Part shown: positions 38,241-51,027 of the stretch, piece after piece | Position numbering within the stretch: position 1 is the stretch's first letter | Layout of the letters: each line of letters starts with the position of its first letter | DNA from: Octopus sinensis | Lineage: Eukaryota | Reading direction: 5' to 3' | DNA length: 64,000 nt | NCBI RefSeq assembly: GCF_006345805.1 | Contig: NC_043014.1 | Coordinates: 47,244,001-47,308,000 of the forward strand | The notes under the pieces: model-generated | The model's input: only the letters and a program-made list of their open reading frames with translations | Told to the model about the DNA's origin: nothing | The model's database searches: none | Program-made: the position numbers and the translations under genes

Positions 38241-39184
38241 TATAGCGTGAACAGGATAAGCTGCCCCTATTTTGCAGAAAAAAATGTTGGCAGCTGAGCC
38301 GGCTGCCAACCTTTATTTTTGAAAAATAGGGGCAGCTTATCTTGTTCTGGCTATATCATTAGCATCATCCTGCGTTTGAGAATTTAAAATCACTTCTTTA
38401 ACTTTCTAAGACATCTCAATGCTTCTAAAGCAAACTTCGTTTGTTTACGTTCATCGTCATAGTTTCAAATTTTGGTACACGGCCAGAAATTTTGTGGGAA
38501 GTGTTCAGTTGATTACATCGACCCCAGTGTTCGACTGGTACTTATTTTATTGACCCCGAAAGGATAAAAGACAAAGTGAACCTTGGCAGAATTTGAACTC
38601 AAAATGTAAAGACAGATGAAATGCCACTAAGCATTTTGCCCCGTATGCTAATGATTCTGCCAATAATCCTTTCTACTAAAGGCACGAGGCCTGAAATTTG
38701 GGGCAGAGGACTAGTTGATTACTTAATTTATCAACCCTGAAAGGATGAAAGGTGAAGTTGATCTTGGCAGAGTTTGAACTCAGAACACAGCAACGGGTGA
38801 AACACCACCAAGCATTTTATCCAGTGTGCTAATGATTCTGCCAGCTCACTGCCTTAATAATAATAATGATTTCAAATTTTTGCCACAAGGGCAGCTTGGG
38901 GGAAGGGATTAAGTCGATTACATCGACCCCAGTGTTCCACTGGTATCTGTATGTATTTTATCGACCTCGAAAGGATGAAAGGCAAAGTCGACCTTGGTGG
39001 GATTTGAACTCGGAACGTAGGGACAGGCGAAATCCCGCTAAGCATTCCATTCAGCATGCTAACGATTCTGCCAGCCTGCCATCTTAATAATAATGATAAT
39101 AGACAGGATTTGAACTCAGAACATAAACATCCCTAGCTAAAGGTAACAAGGTATTTTGTCCAGTACTCACTACAGCTCCTAATA

Positions 39185-39519
39185 ATCATCATCATCATCA
39201 TTTAGCGTCCGTTTTCCATGCTAGCATGGGTTGGATGCTTCAACTGGGGTCTGTGAAGCCAGAAGGCTGCATCATGCCCAGTCTGATCTGGCAGTGTTTC
39301 TACGGCTGGATGCCCTTCCTAATGCCAACCACTCCGTGAGTGTAGTGGGTGCTTTTTACGTGCCACCGGCACAGGTGCCAGACGGAGCTGGCAAACGGCC
39401 ATGGATGGATGGTGCTTTTTTATGTGCCACCGGCACGGGGGCCAGGCCAGGCTGGCAACAGCCACAATCAGATGGTGCTTTTTACATGCCACCGGCACAG
39501 GGGCTAGGTGAGGCTGACT
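39185..39519 (-). mobile_element. Family 3 copy with 33-bp TSD
   Basis: 39149-39181 / 39520-39552, 2 mismatches. Confidence 0.85.
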
Positions 39520-39949
39520 AGGTATTTTTTCCAGTACTCTCTACAGCTCCTATCATACCACCAAATATCTTTATAGTAAAAAAATATCTTAGATGTAGTG
39601 TTGCATTTCTAGGAGAGAAAGCAACAGCTTGTGGTGAAGGCCTTGCTTTCTGTAAAGCTCTTAATTAAATGAAACGAAACCTTTTCCTGCTTGAGATTTG
39701 AAACTGATCATGAACTCCCCATCAGCTTGTATTGTGGAGGAGGAAGTTGTTGGTGATTGAGTAGATTTGGGGTGGAGATTGTCATCAGATGGCAGCAAAC
39801 AAAGGTTAGATATCTAATTAGAAAAATTACATAGCTTTTTGTCACCAAATGTGTTCAATAATTAATTTTTCTTGCTCATTTCTCTGGCTTGGTGTTGGCA
39901 GACTGTTTAATGGTGCCATTTATAAATAGATCCATTACATGTGGATCTA

Positions 39950-40120
39950 GGCGCAGGAGTGGCTGTGTGGTAAGTAGCTTGCTTACCAACCACATGGTTC
40001 CAGGTTCAGTCCCACTGCGTGGCATCTTGGGCAAGTGTCTTCTGCTATAGCCCCGGGCCGACCAATGCCTTGTGAGTGGATTTGGTTGACGGAAACTGAA
40101 AGAAGCCTGTCGTATATATG

Positions 40121-40151
<31 letters not shown>

Positions 40152-40357
40152 ATATGTTTGTGTGTCAGTGTTTGTACCCCTAGCATTGCTTGACAACCGA
40201 TGCTGGTGTGTTTACGTCCCCATCACTTAGCGGTTCGGCAAAAGAGATTGATAGAATAAGTACTGGGCTTACAAAGAATAAGTCCCGGGGTCGAGTTGCT
40301 CGATTAAAGGCGGTGCTCCAGCATGGCCGCAGTCAAATGACTGAAACGAGTAAAAGA
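39950..40357 (+). mobile_element. Family 1 SINE
   Basis: Full-length. Confidence 0.85.
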
Positions 40358-40605
40358 GTATGTGTGTGTGTTTTGTACATGTACACACGCACACACACAC
40401 ACACGCATGTAAAAACACCAGTCTTTCTAGCAGCCTTGACCATTTTTAATGGGGACTGGACTTTATTCTGTATCAGTGCTCTCCAAACTGGTCCATAATG
40501 CTGCACTCAATGAACCCCCACAGTGGCACTCTACAACGTTATCTATACTACTGTGACACATTATGGTAGTGTCTATACCACAACCACCACCACTATTACA
40601 GTTGA

Positions 40606-40814
40606 ACTCTTTTACTTGTTTCAGTCATTTGACTGCGGCCATGCTGGAGCACCGCCTTTAGTCGAGCAAATCGACCCCGGGACTTATTCTTTGTAAGCCC
40701 AGTACTTATTCTATCGGTCTCTTTTTGCTGAACTGCTAAGTGACGGGGACGTAAACACACCAGCATCGGTTGTCAAGCAATGCTAGGGTGACAAACACAG
40801 ACACACAAACACAC

Positions 40815-40879
<65 letters not shown>

Positions 40880-41038
40880 GACAGGCTTCTTTCAGTTTCC
40901 GTCTACCAAATCCACTCACAAGGCATTGCTCGGCCCGGGGCTATAGCAGAAGACACTTGCCCAAGATGTCATGCAGTGGGACTGAACCCGGAACCATGTG
41001 GTTGGTTAGCAAGCTACTTACCACACAGCCACTCCTGC
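40606..41038 (-). mobile_element. Family 1 SINE
   Basis: Full-length, inverted relative to the 39950 copy. Confidence 0.85.
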
Positions 41039-41472
41039 TCAAATTATGTTAAAAGTAATAAATCTGATTCTGATGAACTTTAAAGTACCTTGTGTTTAGT
41101 TTTTATTTCTATCATGTTCTGAGTTCAAATCCAACTGAAAACCATTTCGTTTTTCATCTCCCTAGGGGTTGATAAAATATCAGTCATAAACTGGGCCGAT
41201 TCAGTCAGTCAGCTACCACACCCATTCACTCTCCCCTGGTTTTGTATTTCTATTAGAAGTTATTATAGTGATGTAAGCGGCACATGATATATATAGATAG
41301 GTGTAGCTGTGTGGTAAGTAGTTTGCTTACCAACCACATGGTTTTGGATTCAGTCCCACTGCGTAGCATCTTGGGCAAGTGTTTTCTACTATAGTCTTGT
41401 GAGTGGAATTGGTAGATGGAAACGGAAAGAAGCCAGTCATGTGCATATATATAATATATATATATATATATA

Positions 41473-41510
<38 letters not shown>

Positions 41511-42999
41511 TGTGTGTGTGTGTGTGTGTGAGTCCCACCATTGCTTGACAACTGACGTTGGTGTGTTTATGTCCCTATAACTTAGTTGTTTGGCAAAAGA
41601 GACCGATAGAATAAGTACTAAGCTTACAAAGAATAAGTCCTGGGGTCGATTTGTTCGACTAAATGCGGTGCTCCAGCATGGCCACAATCAAATGACTGAA
41701 ACAAAAGAATATATATATATAAAATCTTGTTTCTGTCATTGGACTGCAGCTATGCTGGAGCATCACTTTGAAGTGTTTAGTTGAACAAACTGACTTCACT
41801 TTTTAACTTCAAGTCTGGTACATATTCTATCAGTCTTTTTTTGCCAAGCTGCTAAGTTGCAAGGGTATAAACAAACCAACAATGGTTATCAAGCTGTGTG
41901 GTGGGGACACACACACACAAACGTATACACAGATATACGATTGGCTTCTTTCAGTTTCCGTCTACCAAATCCACTCACAAGGCTTTGGTCAGCCTAAAGC
42001 TGTAGCAGAAGATATTGCCCAAAGTGCCCTGCAGTGGGACTGAATCCGGAACTGTATGGTTGGCAAACAAGCTACTTACCACACAGCCATTCCTGCACCT
42101 TCATGATGAGCTTCTTACAATCTCCATCTATCAAATCCACTCAAAGGTTTTGGTTGGCCTGGGGCTATAGTGCAAGGCGCATGCCCAGGGTGCCATGCAG
42201 TGGGACTGAACCTAAGCCTACATGGTTGAGAAACGAACTTCTTACGCATATCAGCACATTTTCTTATTTATTGCATCAAACTGCATATGTTATAATATCC
42301 CTCTCAACCGGAGACCTCTTCTAACCACATATCTTTGATAATGGGCAGCAGGGTGTGGTACTTTGTGCGTTATCTGTTGAGTGTTGCAAGGTTACAGGCT
42401 GAATAAGCTGGAGTGTTTCCCAGTTTCTATGGTGTTTGTGCACGTTCCTTCTCCCACCGAATGGAGCACCAGTCTATTGCAGAGTTGACCCACCAGTTAA
42501 TTACTTGTGCTTATTTTCAGCTGAATGTGCTGAAACTGTATGAAACGAAGGGTGCCTTGCACAACGACACAATGTGCTGCAGGTCAAAGAATCGAACCCA
42601 CATTCTGATATTCCTGATATCAACACTGAAACCACTACTAACCACATGCTTTGTTTGTAGAATGAAGAATGAAGTATTCGTTGTGTTAATTGTGGAGTGT
42701 TGCACTCGTTGAGTGTGACATTCGCTGCATCCTACGCTATTGTCTCTTATCACTGGGTTCAATTTCTCTGAGTTCTACAGGACTCTTTTATGGGATTGAG
42801 TATCATTGCCGCTTGTTGTGTTGCTAGAAAAATGACGTGTGTGTGTGTATCCCCAGTTTAACCTTTACCTGTGTAATCTTTTGGGGGTACCATGTTACTT
42901 CAGAAATGACCTATATATCTATATATATCCTCGCCCCTAACTTTGTAGTGTAGGATGTTACCCCAGAAGTGATCTATATGTATATATACACTCCATTTT

Positions 43000-43017
43000 A
43001 GTTTGTGTGTGTGTATG

Positions 43018-43052
<35 letters not shown>

Positions 43053-43060
43053 TAAATATA

Positions 43061-43097
<37 letters not shown>

Positions 43098-43395
43098 GTG
43101 TGTGTGTATATGTGTGTATATATGTGTGTGTATATGTGTGTATATATATATGTGTGTGTGTGTGTGTATATATATATGTGTGTGTGTGTGGTGTATATAT
43201 ATGAGTGTGTGTGTGTATAAATATGTGTATATATATGTGTGTGTGTATATATATGTGTGTATATATATATGTGTATATATATATGTGTATATATATATAT
43301 GTGCGTGTGTGTGTATATATATATATATGTGTGTGTGTGTATAAATATATATATATGCGTATATATATATATATGTATACACACACACACACACA
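43000..43395. repeat. Compound (TA)/(TG) microsatellite
   Basis: Direct reading. Confidence 0.97.
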
Positions 43396-43928
43396 AAATA
43401 ACTATTGCCGTCTATTGATTCTCTTCCACTAAGAAATAAATGCTCAGTTATATTTTATTAATGAGACATTTCCTACAGAATCCTAATTAAATGCTAATTA
43501 ATCACACGAAGACAGTAACAAATCCATAAATATAATTTTGACTTTCACGCAAATGTATGAATGTTTATTTTGAGTAGAGTCAGTGAGAGTTAACTCCCTT
43601 TTACAACACCTCGTTGATTGATTGATATCCAGGATAGCACACTTTATCTTTTTTCTACACTTCTTTGTAGTTTAACTACCCCCCACACATATACATACAC
43701 ACAAACACACCTATGTGTATGTATTTGTTGTGATGAAACGTTCAAGGCCTCTCGTTACAATATCTTTATATCCTCACATAAAAATCTACTTCATTTTACC
43801 TTGTATGTCCTGCCCGAGGGACGACCTGGTGGTGGAAGAGTGATTCCTATTTGTTATTGCCAAGAATGTGGCCCTGTGGAAACTAAAGACAAAGTCTTCA
43901 GTCAAATGACATTGTCGTTAACAGTAAA

Positions 43929-44168
43929 TAAAGGCGGTGAGCTGGCAGAAACGTTAGCACGCCGGGCGAAATGCTTTGTGGTACTTCGTCTGCCGTTACG
44001 TTCTGAGTTCGAATTCCGCCGAGGTCGACTTTGCCTTTCATCCTTTCAGGGTCGATTAAATAAGTACCAGTTACGCACTGGGATCGATGTAATCAACTTA
44101 ATCCGTGTGTCTGTCCTTGTTTGTCCCCTCTGTGTTTAGCCCCTTGTGCGTAATAAAGACATAGGTAA
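43929..44168 (+). mobile_element. ~240-bp CORE-domain tRNA SINE (family 2)
   Basis: aaggcggtgagctggcagaa head, B box gagttcgaattcc, CORE-like gactttgcctttcatcctttc.ggggtcgattaaataagtaccag. Other approximate copies: 17712-17935+, 26070-26285-, 33752-33985+, 34680-35290-, 35770-35995-, 38460-39085-, 60330-60525+, 61040-61725. Confidence 0.85.
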
Positions 44169-44227
44169 TAATGGAACTCAGATGTTGATGTAAATATATT
44201 TCTAAAGGGTGTTTGTTGTCTTTGTAG

Positions 44228-44321
44228 GAATGTTCGGCTTGAGGAAGATGATGCCCGATTTCGTCGTACTGCCTCAGGAACGATTAAATTTGAGGGCTCC
44301 GGTGGACAGTTCTCATCAAAG
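44228..44321 (+). CDS. Internal coding exon (R)NVRLEEDDARFRRTASGTIKFEGSGGQFSSK; TRPM N-terminal MHR-like motif (tentative)
   Basis: Acceptor tgttgtctttgtAG, donor AAG|GTAAGC, 94 nt open frame in unique sequence. ASGTIKFEGSGG..K resembles recalled TRPM3 AFGTIEFQGGGHSNK. Confidence given is for the exon; the family call is weaker (about 0.4). Confidence 0.7.
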
Positions 44322-45182
44322 GTAAGCTACATCTATACTGTCATCTTAAACTAAATTGTCTTTTAATTTGTACCTGGGACAACTTCATCTCTGGTGAGAA
44401 ACTGTGTCACCTTTAAGTCACTCAGTACTCCTGCTATTACAGAAGTATGATAAAAACTATTTGTTTTGATAAATCATAAAAGTATTAAATTTGTAGACCT
44501 ATCCAACTGATATTACATTCATGGTTATGTGATAATCTATCTGATTGATGAGGAAGGCTTAAAAACATTCATTTACTACTCAGCAGTATTTATCTCATCC
44601 ACTTTTCTGTGACAAAAACCTATTCATGAACACTTGACCTCCCATGTCGTAGAATAACAGAGAATATCACTGTTATGAACAAAGGATTGCCCACAATGTA
44701 CCTCCCCACTCTCTCTTTCGGAGAGGCACAAGCACCTACACGCACATATACACACACGGCAGTAACTTCCACCTACCGAATTCAATCACAAAGCTTCGGT
44801 CGACTCGGGGCTATAGTAGAAGACACCTGCCCAAAATGCCACGCAGTGGGACTGAACCCGAAACCATGTAGCTAGGAAGCAAGCTCCCTAACCACACAGC
44901 CATGCCCGCACCTACCATGTATTTAATAAAGGGTTTTGTTCTTAATTCCCAAAATAGTATGGTAGAAACCTGCACAAGGTAAGTAGGTACAAAAGCCGAG
45001 ATGTTGTGACCATAACAATGAAGATGGGGACACTCAGCTAAATTTATCAGTGTATAATAATGATAATTCCTGGAGAAGGTTGGAGGGTTCCGTGACTGAG
45101 ATATTGTGACTATAATAACCATGATGAGGACAATAATAATAATAATATTAATAATAATCATTTAGCATCCATTTTCCATGCT

Positions 45183-45469
45183 TCTTCTCTTCTTGAGACA
45201 GCATTCACCTGGGGTGGGTTGAGCTGGCTTCATTCCTCCTCAATGCTGCATCTCTCACAAATGCCGACCTGACCTGGCAATTTGAGGCTAATGTGTGATC
45301 TCCAACCACTCCTTATTCCAGCGGCGAACGCCATAGACATGGGGGCCTAGGTTGGGTTCCAGACCAGCCTTGACTGTCATCAGCCAGGTTTTTCGTTGTC
45401 CACCACATCGCTTTCGCCAACCCTGAAGAAGAGCTGGGGCAATTGCTTCGTAGATGAATTCTCCAGGAG
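45183..45469 (-). mobile_element. 5'-truncated RTE LINE 3' end nested in an RTE-tailed SINE
   Basis: GWRKRCGGQRKTWLMTVKAGLEPNLGPHVYGVRRWNKEWL; AAGAG tail; 12-bp TSD attt(t)(c/t)catgct at 45171-82 and 45470-81. Confidence 0.75.
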
Positions 45470-47914
45470 ATTTTTCATGCTGGCATGAGTTGGATGGTTT
45501 GACAGGAGCTGGTAAGGTCACATCAAGCTCCATTGTCTGTTTTGGCATGGTGTCTATGGCTGGATGCCCTTCCTAATGTCAATCACTTTATAGAGTGTAC
45601 TGGGTGCTTTTTACATGGCACCAGCACCAGTGATTTTTATGTGGCAATAATATTTTCTCTTAAAAATTCAGACAAAACCGTCATCTTCTTGATAAATCTG
45701 TCTAGGATCTTGTTTAGCAAAACGGGCTGGAGTGGTATGACCCAGTGGATGAGTTATGAGACATCGTGTTGAAGTCCATTGCAGTCTCTTTCTCAGTAGA
45801 ACAGTTTACTCTATAATTGGTGGGAATGGACGACAGTTTATTGGGAAAGTCACATGTAATGTATGCTAGCACTTTATCCAGGAGGAGGTTTATTCCTTAT
45901 TTCCCACCATGAAACCAAAACTAAGTTTCAGAGATGTTTCCATTTCACATGGCACAACAACAACACTTAGACGAATATAAAACCAGAATCCCACGATCGT
46001 AGAAAATGAAAATCAAAGGATAAAACTGTATATAAGTGTTAATTAATTATGTTTGGCATGGTACCTAATTATAATTTCCTAATAATATCAATTAGCATTT
46101 AAATGTACTTAATAACCCATGCAGACTACAGACCTATGTTGAAAGTTGATCGAATTTCAACTAGATTCTCTGTAAATCAACTAAACATTGTAGATAGGAT
46201 CTCTGCTATTACTGTACTGTTAGAATATATAGCCACGTTTCTGTTTCTCTATTATATACACCTCTCTCTGTTAAAAATATATAACCAAGTCTACAGATTT
46301 ACTCAACAAAATGAGATGATTATTCTGTATTCTCTTATATATATGTAGGAGTTATCTTCTCTTTAATAGCTGGATTGAAGACATTTTTCAGTGTTTTGCA
46401 AGATGACATTGTGCATGGTGTGTGGAAGTTAGCATTGTTGCCTAGTGTAATATGTGTCTGTTTGTGTGTGTAATATATATCTGTATGTGTGTCTGCATAT
46501 CTGTGTATACTTCTTTATTTTTGTGTGTATGCATGTGTCTGTACACAGGTTTCTAGTCAAGTGTAATATGTGTGTGTGTTTCTTTATATTTATGTGTGTA
46601 TGCATGTGTTTGTGTATATCTGGTCGAGTGTAATATGTGTATGTCTATTTGTGTGTATACATGTATGTGTCTGTATCTCTGTATGTCTGTCCCTATGCTT
46701 GTGTGTGCTTCTGAATATGTATGTGTGTGCTGTAAATTATAAGAGTAGCCATTGTGATTCAAATGAAAGCAAAGCTGACAATTTTGTCAAATTAGGGTCA
46801 ATTAGTACACTTAACCACCCTTAATAATCCAAAGGAATATAGCATCCACCCAGCAGGATGGCTTTTATGTTCCTTTGGTTACATCACCATAAACAGGGGG
46901 GGAGATGATGAAGGGTGGGGTATTGTTTGACCTAGCGCCCCACTTTACAAACTGGGTTGTTTTACTACTTTATTATGAACACCCCTCTCTATACACCCTG
47001 TCATATACAATCATAGATTCATATAACACTTTCATACACACACACACACACACATCTATATATACACACACACACCCTCTCATGCACTCAACTACATATA
47101 GGCTACATTCAATATACACCCCCACACATAGCAGTCAGTAATTAGCGTGTTGTAAACAATGATGTTTAACTGTTAATTAGTTAGTGCGCACTGAACGAGT
47201 GATGTGGTAGTCGGGGTTTCAAATCTTGCTACAGACGTTGTTGATGACCTAAAGGGTGCACTGTGTTGTCACTGTCACTTTGTTTCTTGTTGTTGCTAAT
47301 GATGATGATGGTGGTAGTAGTAATAGTGGAGTTGAATACCAGGCTTGAGGTGTCACAGGTAGAGGTCTTAGTTCATTAGTCTATTATTGTCATCATCATC
47401 ATCAATATCTTTAACTTTTTTTTCTACCCACCTTACAACAACAGGCATCAGCTCCTACCTTATACCTGTCTCTTCTTCCACCCCCAGCAGTAACAACTGT
47501 TTTCTTTGGTATCTCTGTTGTCAACGAAACAACTCTTGGATCTATTGTTTTAAATTCGCAACAACTTCCTCTGGTGGTCACATTACAGTCCCACTTGGGT
47601 ACACCATGGCTAGTTTGTCCTCTTTCTCCACTGTCCAAAGCTGGACTCAAGAACAGCTCCAGGCATCCCAGTAAGTCTGGCTGTCTCCTCCTGTTCTAAG
47701 CATCAAAAATTGTCACCCTCAGGGGATCTATTTTTTGTTGACCCAAAGCGGCAAATCTTTCCTCCACATCCAAAACTATTCAGTTATTTTTGAACCAACA
47801 CTGTTCCTTCGATGCCCCTCTCAGTTGAGAAAGGTTATAGTTCCTAGTGATCCAATAAGCTGTTGAGCAAAGTGTCTAATTGGTATGTCACTGATAGCTG
47901 ACTGCCATCTGACT

Positions 47915-48520
47915 GATGGCTAACCACTGCCTCGCTGATGGCTAACCACCACCTCACTAATGGCTAGTTACCGCCTCCCTGATGGCTAGCTGCCACCTCC
48001 CTGATGACTAGCTGCCACCTCCCTGATGACTAGCCGCCACCTCCCTGATGACTAGCCGCCACCTCCTTGATGACTAGCCGCCACCTCCCTGATGACTAGC
48101 CCCACCTACCTGATGACTAGCCACCACTTCCCTGTTGACTAGCCGCCACTTCCCTGTTGACTAGCCGCCACCTCCTTGATGACTAGCCGCCACCTCTCTG
48201 ATGACTAGCCGCCACCTCTCTGATGACTAGCTGCCGCCTTTCTGATGGGTAGCCGCCATCTCACTGATAGTTAGCCGCAGTCTCGCTGATGGCTAACCAC
48301 TGTCTCGCTGATAGATAGCCACCACCTACTTGATGGTTAGCCATCGTCTCACTGATTGCTGATGGCTAACTGCAATCTCACTGATGGTTAACCACTGTCT
48401 CACTGATGGCTAACCACAGTCTAGCTGATGGCTAGCCTCTGTCTCACTGATGGCTAACTGCCGTCTCGCTGATGGCTGACCGCTGTCTCCCTGATGGGTA
48501 ACCACCATCTCTCTGATGGC
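47915..48520. repeat. 22-bp minisatellite, about 27 copies
   Basis: Units ctgatgactagccgccacctcc / ctgatggctaaccactgtctca. Confidence 0.92.
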
Positions 48521-48939
48521 TAATTGATGTCTTCTTTTACTGATGTCTAACTACGTCACAAGTCACTGATCTCCTCACATTATTATAATATTCTTGTTTC
48601 CATGGTATATTTACATATCTGAGGAGAAGGCGACATTGGTTTGATATTTGTTCCCCCCCCCACACACACACACACAACATACAAACATATATACACACAT
48701 TTACATACACTCACACACACACACACACACACTTATATACACACATCACACAGTTTACACACACATACACACATGGTCATAGGTTAAATTCTTCTGTACA
48801 ATATATTCCCATACATTGCTGTCATTCCACCTCTACCATTGCTCACCACCACACACCACTACATACCACCACCATCACAACCATAACTAGAAACTGCCAC
48901 ACATCACTGCTATACCACCAATTACCACCACTACAACCA

Positions 48940-49352
48940 CATGCTATTGGTACACCATCATCATCACACACACCACCACCACCACTATGTAACAAGCACC
49001 ACCACCATCGACACCATCACCACAACTTCTGCCACAACCACCACCACTGCCACAACCACCTCCATCACCACCACCTCCACCATCACCACCACCACCTCCA
49101 TCACCACCATCACCACCACCACCTCCATCACCACCACCACCACCACAACCACCTCCATCACCACCACCACCACCTCCACTTCCATCACCACCACAACCAC
49201 CACCACCATCACCACCACCACCTCCACTTCCATCACCACCACAACCACCACCACCACTACCACCACCTCCATCACCACCAACACCATCAAAACCACCACC
49301 ACCACCACCACCACCACCATCACCACCACCACAACCACCACCACCACCATAT
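48940..49352. repeat. (CAC/CAT)n trinucleotide tract
   Basis: Direct reading; gives the poly-T/G/V ORFs. Confidence 0.97.
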
Positions 49353-49661
49353 TGCCAAAATAACAAGACACAATAACTGACGGAAACCTTTATTTTTGAA
49401 ACAAATTTGACCTTTTCTCTAGAAAATGACAAACTAATGTTGCTGCTGTTATTATTGCCGTTACTGTTGTTTAGAAGTGAATGTGTTTGTTTTTGTATAA
49501 TGTTCCTTCCACCCCACCCCACCCCCACCCCTCTTCCATTGATGGAGTTGGAACCATGACATAATACTTTAATACTATACCAACGGCATGATTTGAACTG
49601 CTGTCCTCTTGACTGGTTGTCCTTTGCTGCCTGTGTGCCACATCTACTCTGTTCAGTTTAA

Positions 49662-50287
49662 CCCCCTTTAGGATTTAAACCAGCCAAATCCGGCCAAAAG
49701 TATTCTGCCGGTTTTATGTTCAAACTGGCCGGATCTGGTCTCTCACACCAACCCTACAATATCACTCTAAAAATTAACAGCTACCTCATCAAAATCTCAC
49801 AGCTACAAGATGGGATGGAAGCACTCCGTCGGTTATGACGACGAGGGTTCCGGTTGATCCGAATCAACGGAACAGCCTGCTCGTGAAATTAACATGTAAG
49901 TGACTGAGCACCCCACAGACACGTGTACCCTTAACGTAGTTCTCGGGGATATTCAGCGTGACACAGAGAGTGACAAGGCCGGCCCTTTGAAATACAGGTA
50001 CAACAGAAACAGGAAGTAAGAGTGAGAGAAAGTTGTGGTGAAAGAGTACAGCAGGGATCACCACCATCCCCTGCCGGAGCCTCGTGGAACTTTTAGGTGT
50101 TTTCGCTCAATAAACACTCACAACGCCCGGTCTGGGAATTGAAACCGCGATCCTATGACTGCGAGTCCGCTGCCCTAACCACTGGGCCATTGCGCCGCCA
50201 CACAGCTACAAGATAATGCATGTTTAGTTCAAAACAGTGTGGAGGAAAAAGCATTAATTTTAGCAGAATAATGTGAACGCTAAAGGG
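49662..50287. mobile_element. piggyBac-like MITE interrupted by a SINE
   Basis: TTAA|CCCCCTTTAG ... CTAAAGGG|TTAA; SINE insertion with 14-bp TSD. Confidence 0.7.
49812..50200 (-). mobile_element. tRNA-head SINE (5' module A + 3' module Y)
   Basis: A/B boxes; 14-bp TSD cacagctacaagat at 49798-811 and 50201-14. Confidence 0.85.
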
Positions 50288-50794
50288 TTAATGTCGCTGT
50301 ATTTCAGCTGGACCTTTTTTTCATCTGTCTGCTGGGACTATAGTATGTACACACACATATATATGTGTGTGTAACTGTACCCAACTGATGTCTTAGGCAA
50401 ACTTTGTGTGGTTGAATTCTTTTTAGTTTTTTTACTTGTTCCAGTCATTGGATTTCAGGGATGCTGGAACATCACCTTGAAGGGTTTTAACCGAAGAAAT
50501 CATCCCCATGAGTTACTCTTTGTAAGCCTAGTACTTATTTTGTCAGTCACTTTTGCCGGACAACTAAGTTATGGGGACATAAACACACCAACATTGGTTG
50601 GTAAGTGATGGTGGGGGGACAGACAGACTCACACACAAACACACACACACATGATATTGCTTCGTTCAGTTTCTGTCTACCAAATTCTCTCATAAGGCTT
50701 TGGGTGGCCTGAGGCTATAGTAGAAGACACTTGCCCAAGGTTTCCATGCAGTGGGACTGAACCCAAAACCATGTGGTTGGAAAGCAAGCTTCTT

Positions 50795-51027
50795 TATTTC
50801 TTTATTGCCCACAAGGGGGCTAAACATAGAGGGGACAAACAAGGACAGACAAAAGGATTAAGTTGATTACATCAACCCCAGTGTGTAACTGGTCCTTAAT
50901 TTATCGACCCCGAAAGGATGAAAGGCAAAGTCGACCTTGGCGGAATTTGAACTCAGAACGTAATGGCAGACGAAATACTGCTAAGCATTTCGCTCGGCAT
51001 GCTAACGATTCTGCCAGCTCGCCGCCT
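50795..51027 (-). mobile_element. Family 2 SINE nested in a family 1 SINE
   Basis: 18-bp TSD ttggaaagcaagcttctt at 50777-94 and 51028-45. Confidence 0.85.

Noticed and set aside
22390-48520. Two 22-bp minisatellites both starting CTGAT
   Set aside because: The remainder of the units does not align; common origin unsupported.
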